Shown here in pieces: positions 29,667 to 38,704 of a stretch of DNA of 64,000 nucleotides. Under the pieces are notes generated by a model, which saw nothing but the letters and a program-made list of their open reading frames with translations, did not search any database and was not told the origin of the DNA. Made by a program: the position numbers and the translations under genes. The stretch comes from an uncultured Barnesiella sp. GTDB lineage: Bacteria; Bacteroidota; Bacteroidia; Bacteroidales; Barnesiellaceae_A. The stretch's first letter is position 1. Each line of letters begins with the position of its first letter. Location of the stretch: NCBI GenBank assembly GCA_944321085.1, contig CALUJY010000005.1, forward strand, positions 120,570 through 184,569, read 5' to 3'.

Positions 29667-31196
29667 ATGAAAAAATCAACGATATGGGTTCTGACTATTA
29701 CAATGGCAGCTACGTTCATAGGGTTGCTCCTTACGCAGGTCATGTATATGGAGAACATGATAAAAATGCGCAAAGAGCAGTTTACCGAGGCTGTCAAGCG
29801 TAGTCTTTATGCCGTATCGACTTCGCTCGAACGCGATGAAACACGCGCCTATCTTGCCGAGGCAATAGACGAAGAGTTGCTCTCGACGTACGAAGAAGAT
29901 GCGACAGGCGAAGTGGTGATACCGCAACTCTCCATTACTGCACCCGACGGCACGACGATAACTTTTCCCTTCAAGACCGTGTCGCCCATGATAAAATCGC
30001 CTTCGTTGTCGTCTTCGACAAGTAAGGGTACGCCTATCATGGACAAATACAAGCACATGCAAGAGTTGCTCAAAGGGCAATATCTCTATCAGAGGGGAGT
30101 TCTCAACGATGTGATACTTCGCATTCTGTCGCGTGCCGGTACACGCCCTGTCATGGAGCGTATCAATGTTGACAAGTTGGATAGCTACTTGCAGACCGAG
30201 CTTGAAAACAACGGATTGAATTTGCCCTTCCGTTTTGCTATCATTAATAATAAAGGAAAGATTGTGTACAACAGTCCGGGATACGACCCGGCTGTATCGG
30301 GTAATTTGCTCTTTTCGCAAATTATATTTCCCAACGACCCGCCGGGAAGACGCAATTCGCTGCGCGTTTATTTCCCTACGCAGAACGATTATATTTTCGA
30401 CTCGGTGCGGTTCATGATACCTTCGTTTATCTTCACCTTCATCATGCTGGTCATCTTTACGTTTACGATTATCGTCGTATTCCGGCAGAAAAAGCTCACG
30501 GAGATGAAAAACGATTTTATCAACAACATGACGCACGAGTTTAAGACGCCTATATCTACCATATCATTAGCTGCGCAGATGCTCAATGACCCGGCAGTGG
30601 TTAAAAGTCAAGGTATGTTTAAGCACATATCGGGAGTAATCAACGATGAGACCAAGCGTTTGCGTTTGCAGGTAGAGAAGGTCTTGCAAATGTCTATGTT
30701 CGATAGGCAGCGCACACAGCTGAAACTGCATGAAGTAGATGTAAATGACCTGATAGCCAATGTTATGAGTACGTTCAAAATCAAGGTCGAGAAGTTCGGA
30801 GGTACTATCGATGCCGACCTTTCGGCAGAAGATATGATTGTTTCGGTCGATGAAATGCACTTTACAAACGTTATATTCAATCTGTTGGACAATGCGGTGA
30901 AATACCGTCGCGAAGAGGTGCCGTTGGCTCTCTTTATCCGAACTTGTACACATGGCGACAAGGTCGAAATTTCTATTCAAGATAACGGTATAGGTATCAA
31001 GAAAGAAGACCTTAAAAAAATATTCGATAAATTCTATCGCGTATCCACAGGTAACAGACACGATGTGAAAGGCTTTGGACTGGGGCTTGCTTATGTGCAT
31101 AAGATTATAAAAGACCTCAAAGGCGATATACGTGTGGAAAGTGAATTGAATGAAGGATCAACATTTATAATTACATTACCATTAGTTAAAAATTAG
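29667..31196 (+). CDS. rprX: Sensor histidine kinase RprX-like
   Basis: Two TM segments, H-box FINNMTHEFKTP, NLLDNAVKY, DNGIGI, KGFGLGL; fusA2-rprX-rprY order. Confidence 0.85.
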   Translation: MKKSTIWVLTITMAATFIGLLLTQVMYMENMIKMRKEQFTEAVKRSLYAVSTSLERDETRAYLAEAIDEELLSTYEEDATGEVVIPQLSITAPDGTTITFPFKTVSPMIKSPSLSSSTSKGTPIMDKYKHMQELLKGQYLYQRGVLNDVILRILSRAGTRPVMERINVDKLDSYLQTELENNGLNLPFRFAIINNKGKIVYNSPGYDPAVSGNLLFSQIIFPNDPPGRRNSLRVYFPTQNDYIFDSVRFMIPSFIFTFIMLVIFTFTIIVVFRQKKLTEMKNDFINNMTHEFKTPISTISLAAQMLNDPAVVKSQGMFKHISGVINDETKRLRLQVEKVLQMSMFDRQRTQLKLHEVDVNDLIANVMSTFKIKVEKFGGTIDADLSAEDMIVSVDEMHFTNVIFNLLDNAVKYRREEVPLALFIRTCTHGDKVEISIQDNGIGIKKEDLKKIFDKFYRVSTGNRHDVKGFGLGLAYVHKIIKDLKGDIRVESELNEGSTFIITLPLVKN

Positions 31197-31200
31197 AGTT

Positions 31201-31911
31201 ATGGACGAAAAATTGCGTATTCTACTTTGCGAAGATGACGAAAACCTCGGTATGTTGCTTCGCGAATATTTACAAGCAAAGGATTACGATGCCGATTTGT
31301 TTTCTGATGGCGAGGCCGGATATAAGGCCTTTTTGAAAGGACAGTACGATTTGTGTGTGCTCGACGTTATGATGCCCAAAAAAGATGGTTTCACGTTGGC
31401 GCAAGAGATACGTTCGGTTAATAGCGAAATACCTATTATTTTCCTGACAGCAAAATCGCTGAAAGAAGATATTCTCGAAGGTTTCAAGATTGGAGCCGAC
31501 GACTATATCACCAAGCCTTTCTCAATGGAAGAGCTGGTGTTCCGTATCGAAGCTATATTGCGTCGTGTTAAAGGCAAGAAAGGTAAAGACGTTACATTCT
31601 ATCGTATCGGACAATTTACTTTCGATACGCAGAAGCAAGTACTTGCCATCGGTGACAAAACGACAAAACTTACCACTAAGGAGTCGGAGCTGCTCAGCCT
31701 GTTGTGTGCTCATGTAAACGAGATTTTGGAGCGTAATTTCGCTTTGAAAACGATATGGATTGACGACAATTACTTTAACGCCCGCAGCATGGATGTCTAT
31801 ATCACCAAGTTGCGTAAGCATTTGAAGGACGACCCGTCGATAGAAATTATCAACATTCATGGCAAAGGCTATAAGTTGATTGCTCCCGAACCTGCCGAGA
31901 TAAAGGCATAA
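31201..31911 (+). CDS. rprY: OmpR-family response regulator RprY
   Basis: MDEKLRILLCEDDENLG, LDVMMP, FLTAK, YFNARSMDVYITKLRK. Confidence 0.92.
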   Translation: MDEKLRILLCEDDENLGMLLREYLQAKDYDADLFSDGEAGYKAFLKGQYDLCVLDVMMPKKDGFTLAQEIRSVNSEIPIIFLTAKSLKEDILEGFKIGADDYITKPFSMEELVFRIEAILRRVKGKKGKDVTFYRIGQFTFDTQKQVLAIGDKTTKLTTKESELLSLLCAHVNEILERNFALKTIWIDDNYFNARSMDVYITKLRKHLKDDPSIEIINIHGKGYKLIAPEPAEIKA

Positions 31912-31933
31912 AATCCTGTTGTGGATATGTAAT

Positions 31934-31977
31934 AGCGTAGCTGTCGAGCCATTGCGGCGGGGCAGCTGCGCTTTTTT
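31934..31977 (+). terminator. Probable terminator after rprY
   Basis: AGCGTAGCTGTC...GGCAGCTGCGCT plus T-run. Confidence 0.6.
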
Positions 31978-32007
31978 AGTGAGTATATGTGAGTGTGTAA
32001 GTGTCAT

Positions 32008-32037
32008 AAAAAAAGCCCGGAAACTCCGAGCTTTTTT
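32008..32037 (-). terminator. Terminator after mdh (bidirectional form)
   Basis: A7-GCCCGGA-AAC-TCCGAGC-T6; pairs fully with a G-U on the - strand. Confidence 0.75.
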
Positions 32038-32060
32038 GTGATAATGTCTCTTTTGCTCAC

Positions 32061-32999
32061 TTATTTGAGAGCGTCGGCAAGAGCAGCGTTTGTTTTGTGA
32101 ACGGCAGCTGCGCTGGCTGCAAAAGCGGCTTTCTCTTCCTCGTTGAGGTCGAGCTCTACGATTTTTTCGATACCGTTTTTGCCCAATACGCAAGGAACGC
32201 CGATGCAGAGGTCGCTTTCGCCATACTCACCTTTGAGCAATGCACTACAAGGAATAATGCGTTTTTCGTTGTGGAGAATAGCCGATACTACCATTGCCGA
32301 TGCTGCGCCGGGAGCATACCATGCCGATGTGCCGAGGAGTTTTGTAAGGGTTGCACCGCCTACCATTGTGTCGGCAGCCACTTTATTGAAGGTCTCGGCA
32401 TCGAGTAAGCCCGATACGGGTATGCCTTTGTAGGTAGCAAAACGTTTCAGCGGTATCATGGTGGTATCGCCGTGTCCGCCTATAACCATACCTTCAACTT
32501 CGTTGGCATTTGCGCCGAGGGCTTGGCTCATGTAGTATTTGAAGCGTGAGCTATCCAAAGCGCCACCCATACCGATGATGCGGTTTTTGGGAAGTTTGGT
32601 TGCTTTATGGATGAGGTAGGTCATAGTATCCATGGGGTTGCTTACGCACAAGATGATAGCATTGGGCGAGTGTTTGAGAACGTTCTCAACTACCGACTTA
32701 ACAATACCGGCATTTACACCGATAAGCTCCTCACGGGTCATACCCGGTTTGCGAGGAATACCCGAAGTGATGACTACAACATCAGAACCTTCGGTAGCTG
32801 CGTAATCGTTGGTTACACCTTTTACTACGGAATTCATGCAGAGCAGAGCTGCTGTTTGCATCATATCCATAGACTTACCTTCCGATACGCCTTCTTTGAT
32901 GTCGAGCAATACTACTTCATCAGCTACACCTTTGATTGCCAATACATTTGCGCAAGTAGCACCTACGTTACCGGCGCCTACAACTGTTACTTTAGACAT
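32061..32999 (-). CDS. mdh: Malate dehydrogenase
   Basis: MSKVTVVGAGNVG, GIPRKPGMTR (Arg specificity residue), SNPMD, LDSSR, GGHGD; start trimmed. Confidence 0.96.
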   Translation of the reverse strand: MSKVTVVGAGNVGATCANVLAIKGVADEVVLLDIKEGVSEGKSMDMMQTAALLCMNSVVKGVTNDYAATEGSDVVVITSGIPRKPGMTREELIGVNAGIVKSVVENVLKHSPNAIILCVSNPMDTMTYLIHKATKLPKNRIIGMGGALDSSRFKYYMSQALGANANEVEGMVIGGHGDTTMIPLKRFATYKGIPVSGLLDAETFNKVAADTMVGGATLTKLLGTSAWYAPGAASAMVVSAILHNEKRIIPCSALLKGEYGESDLCIGVPCVLGKNGIEKIVELDLNEEEKAAFAASAAAVHKTNAALADALK

Positions 33000-33395
33000 A
33001 GTGTTTCGTTTTATATAGTTGTTAATACTATCCTTGTTTTTACAAGCAAGGCAAAGGTATAACAATTTTGTATTAAAGAAAAATTTCTTCAATTAAAATT
33101 TTACTAAAATTCTGTGTCATGCCTGCAATGACGAGGCGTGTGTGTGCAGCCCCTTGTTATGCCTATGTGCTGCGTTTGTGCAAGTAGTTGATAACGTGTT
33201 CGTTGTGAATGTCGAAGAGAAAAAATCGGGTAAGAAATGATTGCACATTATTTCATAGTGTGCAATGCTTTTTTATATCATTAATTTTCAAATAATTGTA
33301 AGTCTTAACGGCACGACAATTCATTCGGCATACTGTGTGAGTTACCGTACATATATATTATAATAGGGCAGAGATTTTGTCCCTTACGTCGTCGG

Positions 33396-34010
33396 TTATT
33401 CTTCGATGATGCCTTTTCCTTGGCGAGTTATTTCGGGTTCGTCGCCGGTGCAGTCTATAATAGTGCTGCTTTCTGTATCGCCGTCGCCACCGTCTATGAT
33501 ATAATCGGCTGTCGCACCATAGCGTTCGGCTATGAGGGTGGGGCAGGTGGTATATTCGGGTTCCCCTTCATCGATGTTTATCGAAGTTGATAGCAAGGGA
33601 TTGCCCAATTCTTCGACAATGGCATGGGCTATGTTATTGTCGGGAATGCGTATGCCTACCGTTTTGCGTTGTTTGTAGAGTTTGGGTAAGTGCGAACCGG
33701 CGGGCAATACGAATGTGAATGCACCGGGCAGATTTCTGCGCATGAGCTTGAAGGTGCGGTCGTCTATCTTGGCATAACGGGCAGCATCGGCAAGGTCGTT
33801 GCATATTATGGATAGGTTGGCTTTGGCAGGGTCGATACCCTTGATGCGGCAAATGCGTTCTACGGCGCGTACGTTCAGGGCGTCGCATCCGTACGCATAG
33901 AGCGTGTCGGTGGGATAGATGATGATTTCGCCTTCGCGTAGCGCCTCTACAATACGGGTTATCTCGCGGCGGTTGGGAGTGTCGGGGTGAATGGTGATGA
34001 GTTGTTTCAT
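33396..34010 (-). CDS. Sua5/YrdC-family protein, YciO-like paralogue of TsaC
   Basis: IHPDTP N-terminus, YPTDTLYAYGC, LPGAFT, TVGIRIP, STS; lacks the TsaC KxR and STSAN motifs; true start ATG 34010. Confidence 0.85.
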   Translation of the reverse strand: MKQLITIHPDTPNRREITRIVEALREGEIIIYPTDTLYAYGCDALNVRAVERICRIKGIDPAKANLSIICNDLADAARYAKIDDRTFKLMRRNLPGAFTFVLPAGSHLPKLYKQRKTVGIRIPDNNIAHAIVEELGNPLLSTSINIDEGEPEYTTCPTLIAERYGATADYIIDGGDGDTESSTIIDCTGDEPEITRQGKGIIEE

Positions 34011-34033
34011 GGCAGTGTATGATAAGATGAAGG

Positions 34034-34702
34034 TTAGCCGGCCGATAAGATGCGGGTATTTATTTCGGTGGCAGCTGCGTATCGGTCGAGTAGTTCGGCC
34101 GTGAAACCGAAACATTCTTCCATGGGCATCTCTATGGCGTATGCGTTGATACATACGAGCAGCCGTGTGGTAGAGAGGGTGAGTTTGGTACGTTCCTCGT
34201 CGCTGGTGGGAGTGCCCACGCCGCCTATGTTGTCGCGATAGACAGGCAGCCCGGCTATGTTGAGCTGTCCCCGTCCTATACCGTTGAATATATCGTCGGA
34301 TGTACCTACGCCAAGAGTGAGGCTGCCGTTGATGCAATCGGCATCGAATCCTCCTATGGAGTAGCCCGAGCGCATGGATACGATATTGAGTAGGTCTACC
34401 AGCGTGTTGATGCGGTATAGTCCGGCACCGCGTATGGCACGACGGCACAGAGCCTCGGACGAAACGCGGTAGCGTGCCGGGTCTTTGCCTAAGGCGCGAT
34501 AGGCGCGGCGGGTGGCTGCGATGGCAGTGCGTTGTGTGAGTGTCTCTGTCGTATAGATAGAGGCAATGCGGCGGGCTTCTTCTTGTACTTCGTTCCAAAG
34601 CATCTCCGTTGTGTCGCTATTGGTGACGCATGCCTCTATGACGCCTATTTGCAGCGCGGGGCATACTTGCGACAGAGCAGGATGGATAGATATTTCAATC
34701 AT
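34034..34702 (-). CDS. Stand-alone B3/4 (PheRS beta editing-like) domain protein
   Basis: RRAYRALGKDPARYRVSSEALCRR, INTLVDLLNIVS, GGFDAD, PTSDEERT. Confidence 0.88.
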   Translation of the reverse strand: MIEISIHPALSQVCPALQIGVIEACVTNSDTTEMLWNEVQEEARRIASIYTTETLTQRTAIAATRRAYRALGKDPARYRVSSEALCRRAIRGAGLYRINTLVDLLNIVSMRSGYSIGGFDADCINGSLTLGVGTSDDIFNGIGRGQLNIAGLPVYRDNIGGVGTPTSDEERTKLTLSTTRLLVCINAYAIEMPMEECFGFTAELLDRYAAATEINTRILSAG

Positions 34703-34863
34703 GATGGTTATGCAGGAATTTTCGACGACAAAATTAACGATTCGCGGCGAAAAGTGCTTATGTAGTTATAAAAAGTTTTAGGAGAGAAAATCATCTTATA
34801 CCTTGTAGCTGTTTATGCTTTTTAGTAACTTTGCGATAGAAATTATAAACTAAAATATAGCTT

Positions 34864-35607
34864 ATGAATACATTTAGTGTGCCCGAGGCCATCTCCAACG
34901 GGTGGCAGTTGACAAAAAAGTACTTTATTATTTCCTTGGGATTGATATTGGCATTTGGAGTTGTTTCGTGGTTGCTTTCTTTCCTCGGAGAGTGCGGCGA
35001 TGCAATAGGCTGGATTGCTCAGTTGGTAAATATAGTTATTTCCATTACCTTCTCTATGGGTATGATACGTATAACCATTGATGCCGTAGGAGGTGAAGAA
35101 CCAAGGTTCGGTGCATTCAAGGATACATTCTCTCGGTTTTTGCCTTATTTTGGAATGAGTATTCTTGTCAGTATTCTTGCCTTGGTACCGTTTATTATTA
35201 TTTTCGGCATAGGAGTGGCTATCATAGGAGGCTCGGTTATATTGGGAGACCCCGATGCGATATTCGATTTGTGGTGGCTGTTATTGTTGGCTTTGATTCC
35301 GGTTATATACGTCTCTATCCGTATGTTTTTTACCCCTTATTTGGTGATAGATGGTAATAAAGGCGTTATGGAATCGATAAAAATGAGTTGGAATGCTTCT
35401 GCCCCGATGCAAGGAAAGATATTCTTATTCTATATCGTTTCATTATTGGTGATGATATTAGGTGTTATCTGCCTCTTTGTAGGTGTATTTGTCTCTGTAT
35501 TGGTTGTCATGTATGCTCAGGCATACATATATCGTATGGCATTCCCCACTGCTACGCCCGATGTATTGCTGGTCGATGAAGCAAAAATGACAGGGGTGGT
35601 TGATTAA
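34864..35607 (+). CDS. Integral membrane protein, DUF975-like
   Basis: Several TM helices, PYLVIDGNKGVMESIKMSW motif; TAACTTTG -7 box at 34826. Confidence 0.7.
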   Translation: MNTFSVPEAISNGWQLTKKYFIISLGLILAFGVVSWLLSFLGECGDAIGWIAQLVNIVISITFSMGMIRITIDAVGGEEPRFGAFKDTFSRFLPYFGMSILVSILALVPFIIIFGIGVAIIGGSVILGDPDAIFDLWWLLLLALIPVIYVSIRMFFTPYLVIDGNKGVMESIKMSWNASAPMQGKIFLFYIVSLLVMILGVICLFVGVFVSVLVVMYAQAYIYRMAFPTATPDVLLVDEAKMTGVVD

Positions 35608-35652
35608 TAATCGCTTTTCTTTCGTGCCATTACCCGGCCGGCAGGACGAAAT

Positions 35653-35697
35653 ACAAAACGCCCGCGCACATCGATAGATGCTGCGCGGGCGTTTTGT
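35653..35697. terminator. Bidirectional terminator between the membrane protein and fic
   Basis: ACAAAACGCCCGCGCA...TGCGCGGGCGTTTTGT. Confidence 0.8.
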
Positions 35698-35836
35698 GTG
35701 AGCTTTGTTTGCTTGTTGAGGCGGTTATTGCTCGGTGGTAAAACCGATTGCCTATGGCGCACTGCGGTATATCGTTTTGGGTCGGGCGTGTCGTGGGGCG
35801 TTTCCCTGTACGAGTCCGGTGACAGGTGTGTCGAAA

Positions 35837-36844
35837 TCAGTTGCGGTAATAAACGGTACCTTTCAATACACCTTCTGCCGATATATATCCCTCTTGACGC
35901 AGGAGCAACAAATCTTTTTTGATGGTATTTATCGACTCTTTGTGCAGGTATGCCGCTATGTCGCCCACCTTGACAGGTTGGTTCTTCTCTATGTAACCGA
36001 GAATACGGCGTTGGCGCATATTCAAGTAGGAACGATGAGCTGCCGATACCTTCGGTAGGACAGGCGCGGTAAGTGCCGATGCCTCGCAGGCTGCACGATA
36101 TACACTCTCGGTCCACAACACTATCCACTCCGAAATATCCTCTTGCGGAGTGTATCGGTTTTCCATACCGCTCTTTATCGCATGGTGGTATGCAGCGATT
36201 TTTTCGGCCAAAATTCTTGCAGGAGCATATTGTGCTATCCACTTCTGCCCGTGGTTGTAGAGGTATTGCATGGCAAGCAGCTGAGCTATGGTGCTCTTGC
36301 CTTCGTTAAACGGATGTATGGCCAATAATTCGTATATGAAAATGCCGGTCACTGTGACGGGGTGCAACTCCTGAGCTCCATTGCCCGGAAGCATCCATTC
36401 TATCAAGGTACGCAGTTCGCTGTTTACTACGATGCGGGTCGGACGTAGCCGGTTGTTGCTGCTCCACAATCGCTCTATCGTGCGGCGCGGGCGCGGAGTA
36501 TCGGTGATGTTATCGAAGAGAAATGAATGGAGCGATACCACTCGGGCTTCATCGATGGGATTGCGCTCTTTGTCCGTGAGAATATCGGTTATTGCACTGC
36601 GGCAACGATGCAGATATTGGGCTTGGGGCGCATTGGTTGTCGAGGTCGATAACCTTGCAGCCTCGCCGGTGTCGAGTTCGTTCCCTTCCAGCGAGGCAAA
36701 GGCGGCAAGCAGGGCGTCGATATTGACGTCGGCGGGAGTTGTCATGTGTGCCAACTGCAAGGATATATGGTCAATGCAGCGCAGTTGTCGTGCCGTTTCT
36801 TCACGTTGTGCCCGGGTAAGGTGTATTTTGCTTCCTGTTTTCAT
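35837..36844 (-). CDS. Fic-domain protein with degenerate motif and C-terminal winged HTH
   Basis: SLEGN N-terminal helix, IHPFNEGKSTIAQ in place of HPFxDGNGRxxR, C-terminal LNMRQRRIL..NTIKKDL..L..EGYI..G..KGTVY; start trimmed to ATG 36844. Confidence 0.8.
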   Translation of the reverse strand: MKTGSKIHLTRAQREETARQLRCIDHISLQLAHMTTPADVNIDALLAAFASLEGNELDTGEAARLSTSTTNAPQAQYLHRCRSAITDILTDKERNPIDEARVVSLHSFLFDNITDTPRPRRTIERLWSSNNRLRPTRIVVNSELRTLIEWMLPGNGAQELHPVTVTGIFIYELLAIHPFNEGKSTIAQLLAMQYLYNHGQKWIAQYAPARILAEKIAAYHHAIKSGMENRYTPQEDISEWIVLWTESVYRAACEASALTAPVLPKVSAAHRSYLNMRQRRILGYIEKNQPVKVGDIAAYLHKESINTIKKDLLLLRQEGYISAEGVLKGTVYYRN

Positions 36845-37226
36845 AATCGTAGCCCGTGTGGGCAACTCCTTATGCAAAATAAGCGAAACTTAGCGAGATG
36901 TGCAACCTCTTTTTCGATGCTCTTTTTGTGAAGTGTCGCGTTATTTTAGGAATAGGTGCCGGCTTCTTCTCCTAATATTTGTCTTAAAGTAGCATTGCAA
37001 AGGTGAGTGTTGCCATCGACAAAGCCGCTTTGACGGATGCTGTCGTTGGCATATCCATTCATGGCCGCAGATACTTTTGGTGTGATAGTGCGTCGGAAAA
37101 TTATTCTATTTTTTCTTTATATAGTTAATTTGTATCTGTGTCGTAGTCTGAGAAATAAAAAAATTCGGACTAAATCAGTCCTCGTTAAGCGGTTTTTACC
37201 GGTTTTAGATGGTGCATAAAAATAAC

Positions 37227-37256
37227 AAAAACGCCTTGCAATACTCTGCAAGACGC
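37227..37256 (-). terminator. Terminator downstream of ssrA
   Basis: - strand GCGTCTTGCA-GAGTAT-TGCAAGGCGT plus T-run. Confidence 0.7.
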
Positions 37257-37280
37257 TTGTAGAAATGGGATAGTGTTTAT

Positions 37281-37679
37281 TGGTGGAGCTGGAGGGAATC
37301 GAACCCTCGTCCAAACGAGGAATCAATGTGCTTTCTACATGCTTATCTTCGCCTTTATTGTAGGGAGGCGGCAAGCGCGAAGCTGCCAACCGCAACCTTA
37401 GCCTCTTGAACTTCGCATAAGCATCGAGGCAATGCTTGTGCTATTCCCGATTTCCTTGCACCATCGGGTCGGAATGCTTCGGAACAACAGCTTCCGGATG
37501 ATGTCTCGTTCCGTCACCTTGTGGCGGAATAAAGCTAATCTACTGTACTTCGATTAAGCAGCGAGAGCGTAGTTGTTTTCGCCAATTAAATTTTCGATGC
37601 CTGAGATTATAGAGCCGGGACAACAAAGCTCTGCATGCTTACACACCGCTTCTGCCCGCTGTCAAAGCCAGTCAGCCCC
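37281..37679 (-). ncRNA. ssrA: tmRNA; tag peptide (A)GENNYALAA* at 37554-37583
   Basis: 5' GGGGCTGAC, 3' GGGTTCGATTCCCTCCAGCTCCACCA, tag ORF GGC GAA AAC AAC TAC GCT CTC GCT GCT TAA; TATCTTTG -7 box at 37724-37731. Confidence 0.97.
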
Positions 37680-37938
37680 GGTGCTTTGCTGCGCCGCATC
37701 GCTATGCGGCGGGTATAGGATTGCAAAGATAATTATTTCTGCCGAAACGGCAGCATATATTTTGCCTTTTTTGAGAAAATATTTTCTCTCTTATCGACGT
37801 TGCTCGTTTGTGTGTGAAATGACGTACGGCGCTTCATGCTTGGTTCGGTTTTCTATGATATATGATGTTTTTCGGTGATACAAATGATGCGAGCGTCTTT
37901 GTATTGCGCACTACTTTCATTACCTTTGTTCGTGCGAT

Positions 37939-38700
37939 ATGATTACGAAAGGACAAATAAAATTTTTGCAGTCGTTATCCCGTAAGAAAGGACGCGACGA
38001 GAGCGGGTGTTTTCTTGCTGAGGGCAACCGTTTGGTAGAAGATACGCTCGGTTGTTTTGCCTGTCGGCTCTTGGTGGCTACCCTCGAGTGGATGGAGGCC
38101 CATCCTCGTGCGCAGGCAGCAGAGCGTGTTGTGGTGTCGCGCGATGAGTTGTCGCGGGCTTCGCAGCAGAAAACGCCCCAAGAGGTGTTGGCAGTCTATG
38201 AGATACCGTTGCATACTTATGATATAGAGACTGTGACGGGCGAGTTGTCGTTGGCGCTCGATACTGTGCAAGACCCCGGGAATGTAGGTACCATCATTCG
38301 TATTGCCGATTGGATGGGCATACGTCACATTTTCTGTTCGCCCGGTACGGCTGATGTATATGCGCCCAAAGTGGTGCAGGCCACGATGGGGGCATTGGCG
38401 CGTGTGGCCGTGCATTATGTACCGCTCGAATCGTTAGTGAAGCGTATAGCTGCTCGTGCCGAGGTATATGGTACGTTCCTCGATGGCGAGAATATATATG
38501 ATGTACCGCTTACGCGCAACGGCCTGATTGTCATGGGCAACGAAGGCAATGGCATCTCGCCGGCCATAGAACGGGCGGTGACGCGCAAATTGCGCATACC
38601 CAATTATCCACCGGGAGAGGTGACATGCGAGAGCCTGAATGTGGCTGTCGCTACGGCTGTGACCTGTGCCGAGTTTCGCAGGCGTGTAATGAAAGGATAG
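37939..38700 (+). CDS. TrmH/SpoU family RNA methyltransferase
   Basis: LDTVQDPGNVGTIIR, MGNEGNGIS, ESLNVAVA. Confidence 0.93.
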   Translation: MITKGQIKFLQSLSRKKGRDESGCFLAEGNRLVEDTLGCFACRLLVATLEWMEAHPRAQAAERVVVSRDELSRASQQKTPQEVLAVYEIPLHTYDIETVTGELSLALDTVQDPGNVGTIIRIADWMGIRHIFCSPGTADVYAPKVVQATMGALARVAVHYVPLESLVKRIAARAEVYGTFLDGENIYDVPLTRNGLIVMGNEGNGISPAIERAVTRKLRIPNYPPGEVTCESLNVAVATAVTCAEFRRRVMKG

Positions 38701-38704
38701 AATT

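Noticed and set aside
33396-34598. 400-aa ORF extending the YciO-like frame through the B3/4 gene (possible frameshift fusion)
   Set aside because: The extension is Arg/His-rich off-frame sequence with no evident slippery site. YciO homology starts cleanly at ATG 34010.
34800-37280. Possible genomic island at the tmRNA 3' end
   Set aside because: No integrase and no duplicated ssrA 3' end (att) were seen. The hairpin next to ssrA is explained as its terminator, and the low GC of the membrane gene is partly due to hydrophobic codons.
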